A DNA stretch of 58,317 nt, taken from contig MQRK01246325.1 in assembly GCA_001938485.1 (NCBI GenBank), positions 1-58,317 of the forward strand. The letters run 5' to 3'. Below the pieces are notes generated by a model. The model saw nothing but the letters and a program-made list of their open reading frames with translations, made no database searches and was not told where the DNA came from. Source of the stretch: Girardia tigrina. Taxonomy: Eukaryota. Of this stretch, positions 12,141 to 26,240 are shown in pieces. Position numbers and translations under genes: made by a program. Position 1 is the stretch's first letter. Each line of letters opens with the position of its first letter.

Positions 12141-13033
12141 GGGATGCCATCAACTAACAACAAAAAGTAAGGACTCATTTGAAGTTAGGACAGTCTTTAG
12201 AAAGTAAGGTGTAGTGGGCTCGATCACCCTTCTCGTGTGAGGGAAACAAAAAAGGTAAAGAACCCTGCTACAAAATTTATTAAAATGAAAATATTCGTTT
12301 GCGATTGAGATTCCTCGTTGTTCTGCAGTTTTTGACTTCGACATTTTCGGTAATTCTGTTTATTCAAACAAAAAAACATTTTTTTACTTGAATTTAATTT
12401 TGTTGATTTAATTATTTTTTTTTTGATTTAAATTTTTTTTTCCAACTAATTTAGGCATTTCTGATTATTTTTTATAGGAAAATGTGCTTCGAATAAATTA
12501 GTTGATTAATAATTTTTTAAGTAAAATAGTAAAAAAAATTGAATGTTATTTACATCATTGAAATTTGTAAAATTTAAATCATTTGATTATTCAAGGAAAA
12601 TCGAAGCGCCACATAAGGACTTCCCTTACCACGAAAGGACGGGTGTCTACCAGGGCCGGATTTAAAAGTAGGCCGACTAGGCTATGGCCTAGAGGCCCCA
12701 CGAAATAAGGGGCCCCAAAATGTTGAGTAGTATACTGTATACAAAAAAGGAATATCAATCGAATTTCTTGACTTTGAACAGATAAAGTCACATTGGTGAA
12801 TGCTGTTTGATGCAATAGCTAAAATATACCTTTCAGGCTATGATACACACTATGCTTTATTAAATTGTCAAATCTCATTCAAACTACTTGAGTATGGATT
12901 GTAAAAATATATCGATATATCGAAAATATCGATATATTGGTTTCGATATATTTTTGTTTACTCATTTTTGTGTACCACTGTACAAACTAACTTTTTAAAA
13001 ATATCTATTAATAAATTTGAAACAAAATAGAAA

Positions 13034-15668
13034 ATGGGAAGAACTTATGAAAGTGGAGCTTCAAAGAGAAAGGAAAAAACAAAAAGTGAAGAAAAGATAA
13101 AGAAACATCCAAAGCTCGATAGTTTTCTGTTAAAAACAGAATCATCATCTTCAGCAAATCTTACAAACTTTGGCATCAGAGAAGAAGCTAAGTTATCGGA
13201 TGTTTTAAATTTAAAAAGCTCAATCGAGGTGGCTCAAACTTTAATCGAACAAGCAGAACTCGATAGGGAGATGGGTATCGAAAAAGATTTGCCACTAAAT
13301 AGAAAAAGTGATCCAGAACGTTGGGAAAATCTTTCAGCTGAGGATATAAAATTTTGGATAGAGAGCGGTTTGTTAACATGTCAAAATTTAGAGAATGACT
13401 TTAAATCTTCTAAAATGACATATAAAAATCGCGATCGATATTGTTAAAAATGCTTATTTCTGGGGGAAAAGTAAACGGTAAAACATTCAATAGAGAATGG
13501 CTCATATATTCACCGATACTGGGTTGGGTATTCTGTTTTGTGTGCAAAATTTTTGAAGCTTCAAAATTTGCTCTAGCTTCAATCGTATTTAAAGATAGGG
13601 AAAGAAAACCTGTCGTGAGACAGGTTAGTTTTACCCTACTATATAAACCGTCATTACAATAGTAATTCTGTTCAGTACGAGAGGAACCACAGATTCGGAT
13701 CATTGGTAAAAGGATCGAAAGGTCAGTGGCACGAAGCTACCATCCGAGAGATTAAGATTCCGTTAAGATTATTATTCCGTGGCATCGATTCAAAGCCATG
13801 AAAACTCATCTGAGCTCAAAACAGCTTTTTTAGAATAATTTCATAGAAAAAACAACAACATTTTAAAGAATCAACTTCTACAGCAAATTTGTAAAGAGTG
13901 AAACTACTGGAGAGAGGTTCTAAGAAGAGTTACGGCTGTAATTTGCATATTGATTGAAAGAAACTTAGCTTTTAGAGGTTACAATGAAAATTTTGGGACT
14001 AATAACAACGGAAATTTTATCGGTCTGCTAGAGTTGATTGCACAGTTTGATCCTTTTTTGAACGAGCACATAAAAAATTATGGTGACAGTGGTTCTGGAA
14101 AAACAAACTACCTCTCGAAGACTACATATGATGAATTGATCGTATTGATGTCAAGAAAGGTTTTGCAATCAATCAGCGATGATGTTCTAAAATCGAAGTA
14201 TTATGGTTTATCAGTAGACTCGACACTTGACGTGACTCACAAAGATCAATTATGTGTGATTTTGAGGTACATAGATCAAGCCAGTGAGCAAATTGAAAGA
14301 TTTGTCAACTACATCCATATGGATGATCACACAGGTGAAAATTTAGCAAATGTAACCGTAAACTTTTTAAACAAAATATTGAACATAGAAATCAGCAACT
14401 GCAAAAGCCAGTCTTATGATAACGCGAGTAATATGACTGGAAAATATAAAGGTATGAAAACTAGAATTTTGGAACTTAATAAGTTTGCAAAATTCTTGCC
14501 ATGTTCAGGTCATTCTCTTAACTTAGTAGGAGAGGCTGGTATGAATTGTAGTATCGAAGCAATTAACTTTTTCCATATTGTTCAAGAACTGTACAATTTT
14601 TTTCTGCTTCCACAAAGTGATGGTATATTTTGGAACAATTAAGAAGTAGTTCACTGAAATAACTATCGAATACTCGATGGAGTGCTCATGCTGACTCAGA
14701 CAAATGTTTTTACCAGAACTACAACAAATTGATGGAAGCATTACTTACAATCAATGAGAGTTTAAGTTTTGAAACGAAAGCAAGAGCAGAGGCTGGAAAT
14801 TTAATATCAAAAATGGAAACTTTTGAATTTTCCATACAAACAATAATTTGGGATAAAATTTTACAATGAATGAATGCAGTTTCCAAATCATTGAAACATG
14901 CTAGTATTACTCTCGATATATGTTCTGAACTTTATTTATCTCTTGGTGATTATTTTGTTGGATTAACTGAAAAATTCGAATTAATAGAACAAGATGATAC
15001 ATTATTATTACCAAACACTGATTATTTAGAAAAGAGGCGCCGTAAAATGAAAGTTCTTCCATGTGAAAATTGAGGAACTTAAGTTGAGTCCACGTGAAGA
15101 ATTTAAGAAAAATGTTTTCCTAAAAATCGTCAATAATCTCACTACAGACTTGAAAGAAAGAGTTCTATGCTACCATGAATTGAATGAAAAATTTGGATTT
15201 TTAAGACACGAGAAGCAATAAAGATAAAATAAAGATCTGTGTTGATCGTCTCATGGAAGACTACGCAGAAGACTTTGACGAAAATTTATCTTCAGAAATC
15301 GAACACCTACATAAATATTTTATTGATCATTTCAATACCCAAGCTCCTCATTTTTCTCATTTGGATTGATATAAACTTATTAAGGGAAAACAAATGGAGA
15401 TTACGCATTTCCTAATACCGAAATAATACTTAGAATTTTCATGTGTTTCATGATATCTAATTGTTCTGGAGAGATGTCTTTTTCCAAATTAAAATTAACA
15501 AAAAATTGTTTGCGATCAACTCTTTCCCAAAAAACGTTAAATAATGTTGCATTATTATCAAGTAATGCTGACAAAATGAGGTCAATTGATTTTGATTCAT
15601 TAATTAACGATTTTGTCAATGAAAAATACAGAAAAAATTATGTAAATTGGATTGAAATAAAATTTTGA
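13034..15668 (+). pseudogene. hAT transposase pseudogene (TTF-type zinc finger, DDE, dimerisation domain)
   Basis: REWLIYS...VFCFVCKIF, GNFIGLLELIAQFDPFL, VDSTLDVTHKDQL, SYDNASNMTG, CSGHSLNL, SGEMSFSKLKLTKNCLRSTLSQ; multiple stops and frameshifts. Confidence 0.9.
13597..13758 (+). rRNA. 28S: 28S rRNA fragment including the sarcin-ricin loop, inserted in the hAT ORF
   Basis: GTCGTGAGACAGGTTAGTTTTACCCTACT, AGTACGAGAGGAAC (SRL, 13674-13687) and CGAAGCTACCATC are conserved LSU 3'-domain blocks. Confidence 0.9.
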
Positions 15669-15989
15669 GATAAATTAAACGACTATTATATTTTTGCAAA
15701 CAAAAATAAACTTGGTATTATTTTTTATTTTTCAAAATAGGGCCCTATTTTTTTCTGGCCTAGGGCCCGTGAAACTGTAAATCCGACCCTAGTGGCTACT
15801 AAATCCTTACCACTCGCTCCCACAGCCTGTGGAGTAGGGTAGGTACATTACTGTCTGGTAAGAATTTTAATGAAAGTTTTAAGTTTTAATTCATTTTGAT
15901 TACAAGATTACAATCCCAAAAACAAACATAAATTATTCGACTCCAATGTTGATTATGTATTTATTTTACTAAATATTTCTCTCGTGACA

Positions 15990-16396
15990 ATATAGACTAT
16001 TGCAATTTCTCATAAGAGAGTAGCTTTTTGTACATTTCTTTGTAAGAAATATTATAGTTGAATAACACTTCAAGGATGGCTTTAATGGTGCGCATATTCA
16101 AACGATTTCTTTTATCAGTCCACTGTATTTTCATTAGGGAGAATATTCTCTCGACAGTAGCATTTGAAATTGGTATTGTCATAACAGTAGAAATCAGCTG
16201 ACGAATATTATAAAGCGATGCATTTTACATCAAAATAGCCAATTTCTGCGTGGCAAACAAAGTTGAAAACTTTTCATTGACAATGTCAGTATTATATTCA
16301 GTTCTGTAACCTCGTCAAAAAGAGTGTCTTTCAATGCAACATCAGGATTAATGAACTCTGCTGTTTTACGTACACCTTCATATAACACTTTCAATT
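15990..16396 (-). mobile_element. hAT transposase C-terminal (dimerisation) remnant
   Basis: TIPISNATVERIFSLMKIQWTDKRNRL (ORF 15997..16182). Confidence 0.8.
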
Positions 16397-16452
16397 CTAG
16401 GAGACGTAACCAATGGAGACATAAGGACAAAGTAAGGACCGTCCCCACCAAA

Positions 16453-16560
16453 CAGTGTTATCGACTCGAGTCATGTGACTCGACTCGCGACTCGTTAAAA
16501 GAATATTGACTCGACTCAAGAAAAATAAAACTGACTCGAATTTCTTGTCTGACTTTAAAA
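16453..16560 (+). mobile_element. hAT-like terminal fragment with GACTCG subterminal repeats
   Basis: CAGTGTTATCGACTCGAGTC start followed by several GACTCG(A) repeats. Confidence 0.45.
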
Positions 16561-16910
16561 TTTGGTAAATATTGAAATCAGATATATAAAAAAAAGTATC
16601 GGTTAAAGAGAACATTTGTGGAACTTGAAAAAAATGTTCTCTTTAAGCAGTATCTATTGTATTAAAACATTAACTATTCAAGTTTATTATTGATTATACT
16701 TATTAATTAAAATGTTTAGCTTCACTTTAACCTATTTATAATTATAATGTTGTATTTTTACTTTTGTTAATTAACAAAATGACGAACTCCTTTAAAAGTT
16801 TAATAAATTGATACAGAAACAAAAGTCTCAATTTAAAGAATTCAAAATATTTTATTCTTACTTTTCTGGCATTAATAAAACTAAATATTATTTTTTTATT
16901 ATACATATGA

Positions 16911-16985
16911 ATATATATATATATATATATATATANNNNNNNNNNNNNNNNNNNNNNNNNNNNNNNNNNNNNNNNNNNNNNNNNN

Positions 16986-17046
<61 letters not shown>
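16911..17046. repeat. (TA)n microsatellite spanning an N-gap
   Basis: Direct read. Confidence 0.95.
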
Positions 17047-17053
<7 letters not shown>

Positions 17054-18083
17054 CTATGGGATGTATTTCTATACAAATTTGTATGTAAGTATGACCAAAT
17101 GTAAGTGCACATGGTCCTATTTGTGCATTATATATTATACAATTTAAATAATTTATTTATACTTCTTTATTTATTTTTAAATTTATATTTATTTTTTTAC
17201 TATTAATTTTCTATTTATATTTATAAAAATAATATAATTTTATATTCCTCATAACGACGTAAAGTCGTTATGATGATATTATATTACAGTTTTAAAAAAT
17301 AATTACACTTTAAAAAAATCGATATCATCGATTTAGAAAATTAATCAAAAAGTATTATTATTAGCGGACGACCGCTATTCATTGAATTCGTCGTTCTGTA
17401 ATTTTGAACATGTTTATCAATTAGAAAGCCGAAAATTATCATATTTCCTCCATCAATTTGTCTAACCAATAATCATATAATCTTCTAACCTAACAAACGA
17501 ACCCAAGTTGTTATTTTAACAAGAATTAGGATTTGTATCATATAGAAAAAGAAAGAAGGATCCTTACCACCATAATAACTAAGAAACAAGAACGTAAAAG
17601 AGAATTATATTAAATTAATAACTGAACGATATAAATTGAATAATCAAATAGTGAAGATCATCATTCATCTAACAGTTAAATTTAGAAGATTTTCGTGATC
17701 AAAGTAAAGATATTTGTTATATAATTAACCGACTTACTATACTACCAATTTTCAAGTTTCGTGATATATATCACCTTTATTCACCTTTAGTTATAATTGT
17801 TATTTGTTAAATAAATATTTATTACAATATCATATTTTTTATATTTATTACGGTCAAGTATTGTTAGAAATAGACTCAGGGATTTTATTGTTGTGGTACT
17901 AATATCTTTTAGTCTATTTCTAATTTATACACATATATTATTTGTTATTGAAATCTCATAGCAATAATAATTGTTATTTTATTTTTAATTTGTGGTCTTA
18001 GACCACTGGTCTATTGATTGGATTGCTTTATTGATATGCTGTGTATTATAATGTAAAGTGGTGTTGAATGCCCATAGGTTATA

Positions 18084-18374
18084 GAGGGTGAAGCAAGCAA
18101 AATATGAAAAATCTGTTTGAACACATGTATAGTAACTCATATATGAATAGTCAGATTCCATATCAACATTTTAGAAAAAATCGATACCTAGTGCTTTTGC
18201 GAATATATACACAATGTGCATATTACGCCAGCAAAAAATTGAATTGGCGGGAGTATAATCGCAGTTTAAACAAACTTTTTTTGTCATATATGAACAATAT
18301 TACACTTGCATCAACTTTTTATGACTATCGAAAATGGAAATAACAGATTTTTTTTCATTTATATTACACCCTAA
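18084..18374. mobile_element. Tc1/mariner-like MITE
   Basis: Imperfect TIRs AGGGTG..ATGAAAAATCTGTT / AACAGATTTTTTTCAT..CACCCT flanked by TA. Confidence 0.5.
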
Positions 18375-19103
18375 TATATGTATATGCATTAAAAACATTT
18401 TCAATCCGGAAAAGGTTTTTTCTTCTTCATCTTTCCCTTCCTTCATATTCTTCATTTTCTTCTTACCCTTTCTTCTTCTTCTTCATTCTTAACATTTTAT
18501 GAAGTTAATTTCAGCTGAATTTATGCATCTTTTGTAGTTATGCAAAAATATAATTTTATTTTATGTTTTCATTTTTTGGATAACTTTTCTGTCGACGATA
18601 TCTTTAAAAAATAGTTGAAAGAAGAGAAGAAGGAAAGGTTAAAATAAAGCAAGCCAATTTTGGCACAGTTTATCATTTTCGATTGATGTATTTTTGGAAA
18701 TTGATTACGTTTTTTTCTGATTCCTCCGGAAACAAAAAAATAATCCAAATAGAATGACACTTTTATTCTTAACAAGCCAAAACAGTTCTTTATTGAGCAA
18801 TGCTGTCCATAAAAAACTCGTGTAAGCTCACGTTAACGGACAGATAAATCACTAATGAAATGCAATAATTAATTTATAATTATTATATAATAGTTCAAAA
18901 GGAAAGTTGTAACGATGTTCCTTCTCAAAGAAATCAAATAAGATTATTATGTTCCTTTATATACTATTGCAAGTCGATATTTTAATAATTGGTCAAATAA
19001 TATTCACTAGTTTTAATGTTCATTGGAATGAGAAGATAAAGTATAACACAATTTTTATAGTTGTATAGAAGATAATTTTACTATTTTATTTATTTATTAT
19101 ATT

Positions 19104-19786
19104 TATTAGTTAGTTTAAATTTTCGATTCGCTGAATAATTTAATGTTTTTAATTTAAAAATTTTGCAAAAATTAAGTAATAAAAACAGAGTTTAAAAATC
19201 AAAAAAATTTAAAAGTTGATATATTTCAGTTGAAAGTTTAAAAAAAATTTTAAAATAAATAATACAATAAAAAAGGTTTTTGCGTAAATTTATATATCAA
19301 GCTGCTACAAAAGTTTTTTACGAAATTAAATAGTTTTTTTACAAATTAATTTTAAAATTAGATGTTTATATAAATGTAAAAATTGTGTTTAGAATATTTT
19401 TTAAAAATATATAATAAAGACTTAGTGTAAATAAAATTTTCAACATGTTATTATTTTTAAAGTTTTTACGCATTCATTGGATTGTATTTAATGGAATAAA
19501 TTAATTTTACATGTCATATAATTTTAAAAATACATTTTAAAAATAATAAAAATTTGAAATAGTAAAAAGTCAAAAATAAGTTATAGAATATAATAAATTA
19601 TTTTTTAAGTTTAAAATGTTTTTTTTTACAAATTGAAAGTAAAATAAAATTTATGAGACGAGACGAAAATTTTAATTAACGAAAATTTGTTTGAAAATTG
19701 AGAGTTGTGATATTAATAAATTTTGTGGTGGTAAATTATGACTTCTGAATTTGATAATAATGAAAGTGGCATAAACACTACTTACA
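19104..19786 (-). repeat. Solo-LTR family B
   Basis: Right part matches 27510-27590 (GATAATAATGAAAGTGGC..ACTACTTACA); ATATT on both flanks. Confidence 0.7.
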
Positions 19787-20339
19787 ATATTAATGCAATA
19801 AACTGAACAGTTCTCAACCACCAAAAGTTGAGTTATAAATCTGTTTATCTTCAGAAAAATCATTTGAAAAATAACCTGTAAAATGTCTCGTATTATTTAC
19901 TATTGGTAAAAATAGACGAGTTTTAGTTGAATTTTGGTGGCGATTTGAAGAATTCATTAATGTTGATTCAAGGGAACCAACTAATCCAGAAGAAGACATT
20001 TCAGAGTTATGGCCCTTCTAAACCAAGTATCAAACTTCTACACAAAATGTCAAGTCCCATTTAATATCCTTAGTTTATTTACAAATGTGCCCATCGATGA
20101 AAACTATTTATTTATGTGAAACATTATGAGATGACCATCTTGATTATGAAAACAAGATTGTTAACAAGAAAGCTTTGAAAGAACTTCAAATAATGTTCCT
20201 TTTCTTTACAATGTACATTTAATATAGACATTAAATATAATTTCTAGACGAACTTCAATTTTGTAATAAATTTTAAGAAGTTTCTTAATGATTATAAAGA
20301 AAAGATTCTTCTATTTTTATAATACTTTCAATAATCAAG

Positions 20340-20480
20340 AACAGTAATCAATTGTGAATACTCACTAATCCGAGTGATGAGATGACGATTTGTCTTTCCA
20401 ATGTACGATGAGTCAATGTGCGAAAAGTCAATCCATTTCAATTCTCTAAATCTTTCATTAAATAAATCAAAATTACGCCA
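20340..20480 (-). mobile_element. Penelope-like GIY-YIG endonuclease remnant
   Basis: Minus strand encodes SYIGKTNRHLITRISEYSQ; homologous to 37650-37705. Confidence 0.75.
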
Positions 20481-21110
20481 TTAATATCCAATGAAATCTT
20501 GAAAAAAATTCGTTTTTATCAGTCAGAAAATGTATGAATATCAAAGTTTGAATTTCTTAGATCTTTATGAGCTAATTTTTTTAGGTAGATCATAAACATT
20601 ATTTGCAAAGTCTTAGTACTTAAATTTTATCATAATGTATGAAATATTTATCAGAAAGTTGAAAAAAAAACAGTAAATGTGTGGAATATAAACAAAAACA
20701 ATCATTTTTAAAATAAAGAAAACTCAACTCTTATAAATAAATTAAATTTTACCAATAAAATTCCGGTCGAATGTGTACTGCATCATTGTTGTTGTTTTTT
20801 TATTTGTTGTTATAAAAATTTATCTAAAATATTTTCTTTTTTTGATAGACAAGCCATTGGAAATTATATTTCAACGGTTTTACTATCTTCCCTAAATCAC
20901 TGATTATGAGCTTTTTATCTCTCGTAATAAGATGATTAATAAGATCACGTGATCCAAAAATCGAAGGTCATACAGGGCTCTCGACCAATTTGTTCAGAGT
21001 TTTAGACTAATTTTACGTAATAGATTACATAATCATCAATTTCCTATATATAATCGATAATATATCATAATCAATTATTTGATAATGACAGTAAAACAAA
21101 AAATTATGTA

Positions 21111-21277
21111 CACTTGGATTTTGTTTTATGCGGTTTGTTTTTATGCGATATTGAAGCTATATGGATATTTTTTCTTCTTTTATTAAAGCCTTCTTATTTT
21201 AAGTTTGTCTCAGGTGTTTTTATGCTGTTTTTTATGCGCCGTCGAACGTACCTACCGCATAAGAAGAGGACCAAGTG
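21111..21277. mobile_element. pogo/Tigger-like MITE
   Basis: TIRs CACTTGG..TTATGCGGT / ACCGCATAAG..CCAAGTG with TA on both sides. Confidence 0.7.
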
Positions 21278-22763
21278 TATTTTAAAATATTGTTTCTATT
21301 TTTTTAAAAAAATTCCATTATTTTTTAAATTTATCTACAATTTTTCATCTAATTTATAATTTGTTAATATTTAATTTATAAATAATTTATGTTAACTGGA
21401 AAAAGACAATTGGGTATTTCATTTAAAATGAGTTTTTCTGTGTAATATGTAAATGGGTTCTACATTCAAGAAAATTAAATGTAGGGAAATGTAGCATTAA
21501 AAGATTGCTGAACAATGGCTTGAAATTATTACTGGATGTCCAAGAAACAAATAAATGTGTCCGTGTAAAGTAATAAATAAAAAATATTTCCATTATCTTA
21601 CTCTCTTTAAATTTTTGCCGACAGAAGTTGTATAATTTCTGATAGAGTCAGCTTTTGATTTTGTTCTGTGGAAATCCAGTGGCAATATTCAATATTATAA
21701 AGAGACAATATGTTTTTCTCTGGAATGATCATATCAAAGAAGTTTTACATTTTAATGGAATTAATGTATAAATTATTTAATGCTTTTCATTTTAACAATT
21801 TTACGCTTAAAATTATTTTACTTAAATTTTATGTTTCTGTGTGAATAACTACGATTATTGAGATTTAGCACTGATTTTATAATCTTCCTTAAATTTTCTT
21901 TTTTCTACTTCATCAATTTAATCCTTTCACATGAGTTACAAAAGACTGAATTAACCTTTAAATCAGAGATTAACAACCTTTTTAATCTGGTGGGCCATTC
22001 AACAAACAAATAAAAGGCAAAGGCCCAATTTCCTTTACCGAGAACAAATGTCATAAAGCAGATGAAGAACCACACTCTGTGCACTGTATTGCAGTAATTT
22101 CTTTCATAAATGAAGCGAACCCTCTTTGTAGCTGTTAATTACTCCGCACGTTTCGGTCTGCTTATCAAAAAAACATGACTCTTCTTTTGAAAACATTTAT
22201 TCAAGAACAAGAATATACAATCACGCTTAATCTAAATATTCGCGAAAATCTGAACATTAAAACAAATATATTTATTTTTCATATATTCATTTTATCATTT
22301 TATAATTCAAATTAAGATCACCGTGTTAATAATTACATTGAACGGGAGATAAGAACATACTCAACAAATTTCAATCAACGCATATAAATTATCAAACAAA
22401 CTCCTCACAGTAGCGAAGGCAAAGGTTGCTGATTGATCTGTATTTCATTAACTGAGCAATGGTAGTGTTAATATGTATTCCTTTAAGCCATATACCTGAA
22501 ACGAAAAATGTAATTGACAGAGCTCTCACAATACCACGTTTTACGAAATTCTCCATTGCGAATATTACTAAATAAATAGATCCTTGAAACAACGCCTCAT
22601 TGAATGGTTGAAAAAATACATAATAGTTTCAAATTAAAAAGGTGTAAGACAGAACTCTACTTTGACAACAAAGTTTTTAAAATATAAAGAAATTTAATTA
22701 AACAAACACAATAAAAATTAATATAAACTACTTATAATTTAGGATAATTTTAAACTACTTATA

Positions 22764-23860
22764 TTAGGTTGTCCTAAAAGTTCCCGGTCAATAATGAAAA
22801 TACATTTTTTTCAAATTTCTTTTTGGCATTATTTATTTGATATTGATATATATATATATCGATTTATTTATAGAATTATATGGACTACGAGATTACAAAG
22901 CTTGAAGTTCGTGTGTTGCTGCGTTACTATTGGAAAAAAAGTCTTGACAACACGAGATACTGCCAAGGCAATTTGCAAAGTTGAAGGTACACAAACGGTT
23001 GGAAAAAGTACGGCAATTGATTGGTTCAAGCGTCTCAATAAAGGTAACTTTGACTTGAATGACAGTCCTCGTTCTGGACGACCAACAAAATTGGATAACG
23101 ATTTCTTGCAAGCAGAGTTGGACATGAAGCCTTCGTCAAGCACTCGCGATTTGGCATTAAAACTTGGAGTTAGAAAGTCAAATATACATTAGCATTTGAA
23201 GCGGCTCGACTTTGTGCATAAGAAACCGCGTCAAGATCCTTACAAACTCACCAAAGCACAGACCGATAAAAGAGTTCAAATTTGCCTACAACTGCTACAG
23301 AATCCACGACATGACCGCTTTTGGAAACGAATTGTCACGTCGGATGAGAAGTGGGTCTACTTGGTTAACCACAACCAAGACAAGCCATGGGTTCCACAGG
23401 GTCAAGCAACGCCGTCAGTTCCAAAACAAGATCGATTTGGCTTGAAAATCCTGTTGTGCACCTGGTGGAACTCTGAGGGAGTCGTGCACTTTGAGTTGGT
23501 TCAGAACGACCAAGCAATCAATGCAGATCTCTATTGTCAACAGCTGGACCGTGTCTACGAGAAGCTCAAGGAGAAGTACCCTGCCTTAATCAACTGCAAA
23601 CGTGCACTGCTTCAGCAAGACAATGCCAAGCCGCATACCGCCAAGAAGACCACGGACAGGTTCCAAGAGTTGGATGGAGTCGAAATCCTGCCGCATCCTG
23701 CTTACAGCCTTGATTCCGCTCCATCTGACTATGGCCTTTTCCGATCCATGCAACACTTCTTGAAAGGCCACCGATTCGAAGCATTCGATGAAGTTGAATA
23801 AGCATGTCAAGAGTTCTTCAATTCGAAGCAGCCGGAATGGTACTTTGACCAGATCCGATT
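22764..23860 (+). mobile_element. Mariner (DD34D) element, 3'-truncated, transposase pseudogene from 22880
   Basis: TA + TTAGGTTGTCCTAAAAGTT left TIR; RSGRP, RIVTSDEKW, QQDNAKPH, HPAYSLDSAPSDY; one frameshift and stops. Confidence 0.92.
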
Positions 23861-23899
23861 CTTATCTCATTAATTAATTTAGAGATTTGAATATAGCTA

Positions 23900-24266
23900 C
23901 AAAAACATATTCATCAAGAATGACGCTTCCCGCAGAAATTGCTACTGAAAATGTTTGTGTTGTTAATAAATGTTTACACTCAAATTGTGATGTTGCTAAT
24001 ACAAATTTCATTAGTTCAAAATTTAAATGAATATTAATTGTTTCAAAAATATTATTTCAATTTATTTATTTAAAAATTGTAAATAAAATTAATCAACTTA
24101 TTTTAAATTTTAAAATTATTTGAAATTAGAAATATATATAAACATTACATATTTTCAGATAATAATAATAAAAATATTAATCATCCACCTGGGTAGGAGA
24201 GACACATTTCCAAATCAACATACACATTCAAACACAAAACATCAAACATTCAAAATATTCCTCACA
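23900..24266 (-). repeat. Solo-LTR family A copy
   Basis: CCACCTGGGTAGGAGAGACACATTTCC...TTCCTCACA, nearly identical to 6940-7021; left end approximate. Confidence 0.7.
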
Positions 24267-25057
24267 TTAACCATTAAAGTTATTTCAAACTACATTTTAA
24301 CCTAGAGGTACTCATAGGGTCAATCATATTATTTCAGTAGGGTCAATTTCAATATTTATTCAAAAAGTTTTAAATAGACAAAATAAGAAAAATAAAACGA
24401 CATTCAACAGTCAAATTTCATTCTGTCTAAAAGAATCAGGTAATGGCGAGTAATTTATTAGTTATAATTATTTTAATTTTTTTCGACAACCTCTCATGAT
24501 CAAATTTCAGAAAGACTGAACGAACTGATTTTTCTATTTTAATTTTAATTTGTCTTGCGCTGTGCCACTTATTAAATTTTACAGGAGGCTGAGAACAATT
24601 AATTGTAACTGTCTTGAGGATGATTTATTGCTTGCTTTTTTCCGTGACTTAATTCTATCATCCATCGACTTGCAGAATTTGAATACCGGAAAATATGTGA
24701 CTTTCTTTTGTGAATTGTTCAATAAATTATTAGTTGGATGAGAAAATCACGAACAGTCTTTGAAAAGATAACTAAAATATTATTAATATTGAAGCAATCA
24801 ATTGTTGCTTGGCAAGAAATGGCTTTGTAGGGTTACGTTTTCAGGTATTATTCATCATAGGAATGACATACAATAAAAAATATTACTACTTCAATGTGTA
24901 TTAACGCATGGAGGTTGCCAAAAGAATGATGCAAAGGCCTCTATTTCCATATGGCTCACAACCTTAGACAGAAATTTTAATTAAAATTTTGTTCACTAAC
25001 CATGAATTTATTAATGGAATAATAAATATATAATAACAGCGAAGGATTTCTAATATA

Positions 25058-26240
25058 CAGTCGGGAACAGTGAATTGTACACAGCAGTAAATATCTATGT
25101 TTTTATTTCTTTGTATCTATTATTTGTATTATTATTTAAAATATATTGTAGTATTTATGTTATGATCATGACTTATAACTGTTTATCTTTTCTCTTCAAT
25201 GTTTTAATTAATCATTTGGAGTAAAATGGCTAGTAACTGTGATAAAAGAAGAGGTGTTGATTTATCTGATTATTTTTATGCATGTACTTTTGCTTGGAAA
25301 TTTGATACCCTTTGTAGTTATCATAGAACACCACCGTAAAATGTTGTCAACAATTGATCAATGACGCCAAAGAAAGTGAAAGATTTTACTTTTGCAGCAA
25401 GAAAATAACTACGGAATGAGATAAACGCCATATGACAAGACTTTCTCATGCAGATAAATTTACCACATTTACTCAAACCTAGCAAGCATATTTTCCTGAT
25501 ATAAATGTGTCTACTGTTAAACGCAGATTATGTGAAAATGCATTAAAGGCTCGTGTAACAACAAAGAAACCCATACTAAATGAAAGATTAGGAACTCTAC
25601 GATGTTAGTTGGCACCTGATCACTTACACTGGACATTTGAAGACTGGATCAAAATTGCATTCAGTGATGAGAGTAGCTTCTCCATAAGTAGTACTAGTGT
25701 TCAGTATGTGGGTCATCATATTGGTGGAAGGTTTGATGAGAAATGTTTGCTATCTAATGAGAACCAGAGTATGAGAACTGGCATGAGCTGGAGAGCCTTT
25801 AAAGTGCACTATTACACACCTCTGTACAAAGTAAAATGGGGCACATTGAATTTTCAGAACTTTATTCACTTACTTCAAGATGTCTTTATACCATATCTAC
25901 ATACACTACTACTTAATGGTGGCCTTTGTCAGCACACGTCTCCTGTGCTTGCATCAAGAGCAACAGAAGAATATCTGGAATCATATGCTGTAGGCATCTT
26001 CTTTGGCTTAGAACAAGCCCATATATGAATCCAATCGAGAATAAGTGGGGCCACATTGAGCAGATTTTAAAGGGATTATGAGCATCCACCTAATTGTGAT
26101 CAACTCTTCCCTAAATTAGCAGAAATTTGTGTGGATGTCATGGGAAGATGTGAATTACAGGAGCAAATTGATTGACTCCATGACTAATGGTATTTTTCTG
26201 TCTCGTGTGATGTTTCAGATGGCTATATGTAATACTAGTA
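25058..26240 (+). mobile_element. Degenerate Tc1 (DD34E) element
   Basis: TA+CAGTCGGG start; STVKRRL.ENALKAR..KKP, WIKIAFSDES, SP.MNPIENKW motifs; right end not identified. Confidence 0.8.

Larger units (their letters stand above)
12651..15791 (+). mobile_element. Full-length degenerate hAT transposon (ZMYM1-like/Tip100-type transposase)
   Basis: TIRs CAGGGCCGGATTTA / TAAATCCGACCCTA; 8-bp TSD GTGTCTAC/GTGGCTAC. Confidence 0.92.

Noticed and set aside
16808-17112. ORFs with IY repeats
   Set aside because: Artefacts of the (TA)n microsatellite and N-gap
21900-22600. Coding-like minus-strand patch with a CxxC
   Set aside because: Fragmentary, with no identifiable family motif
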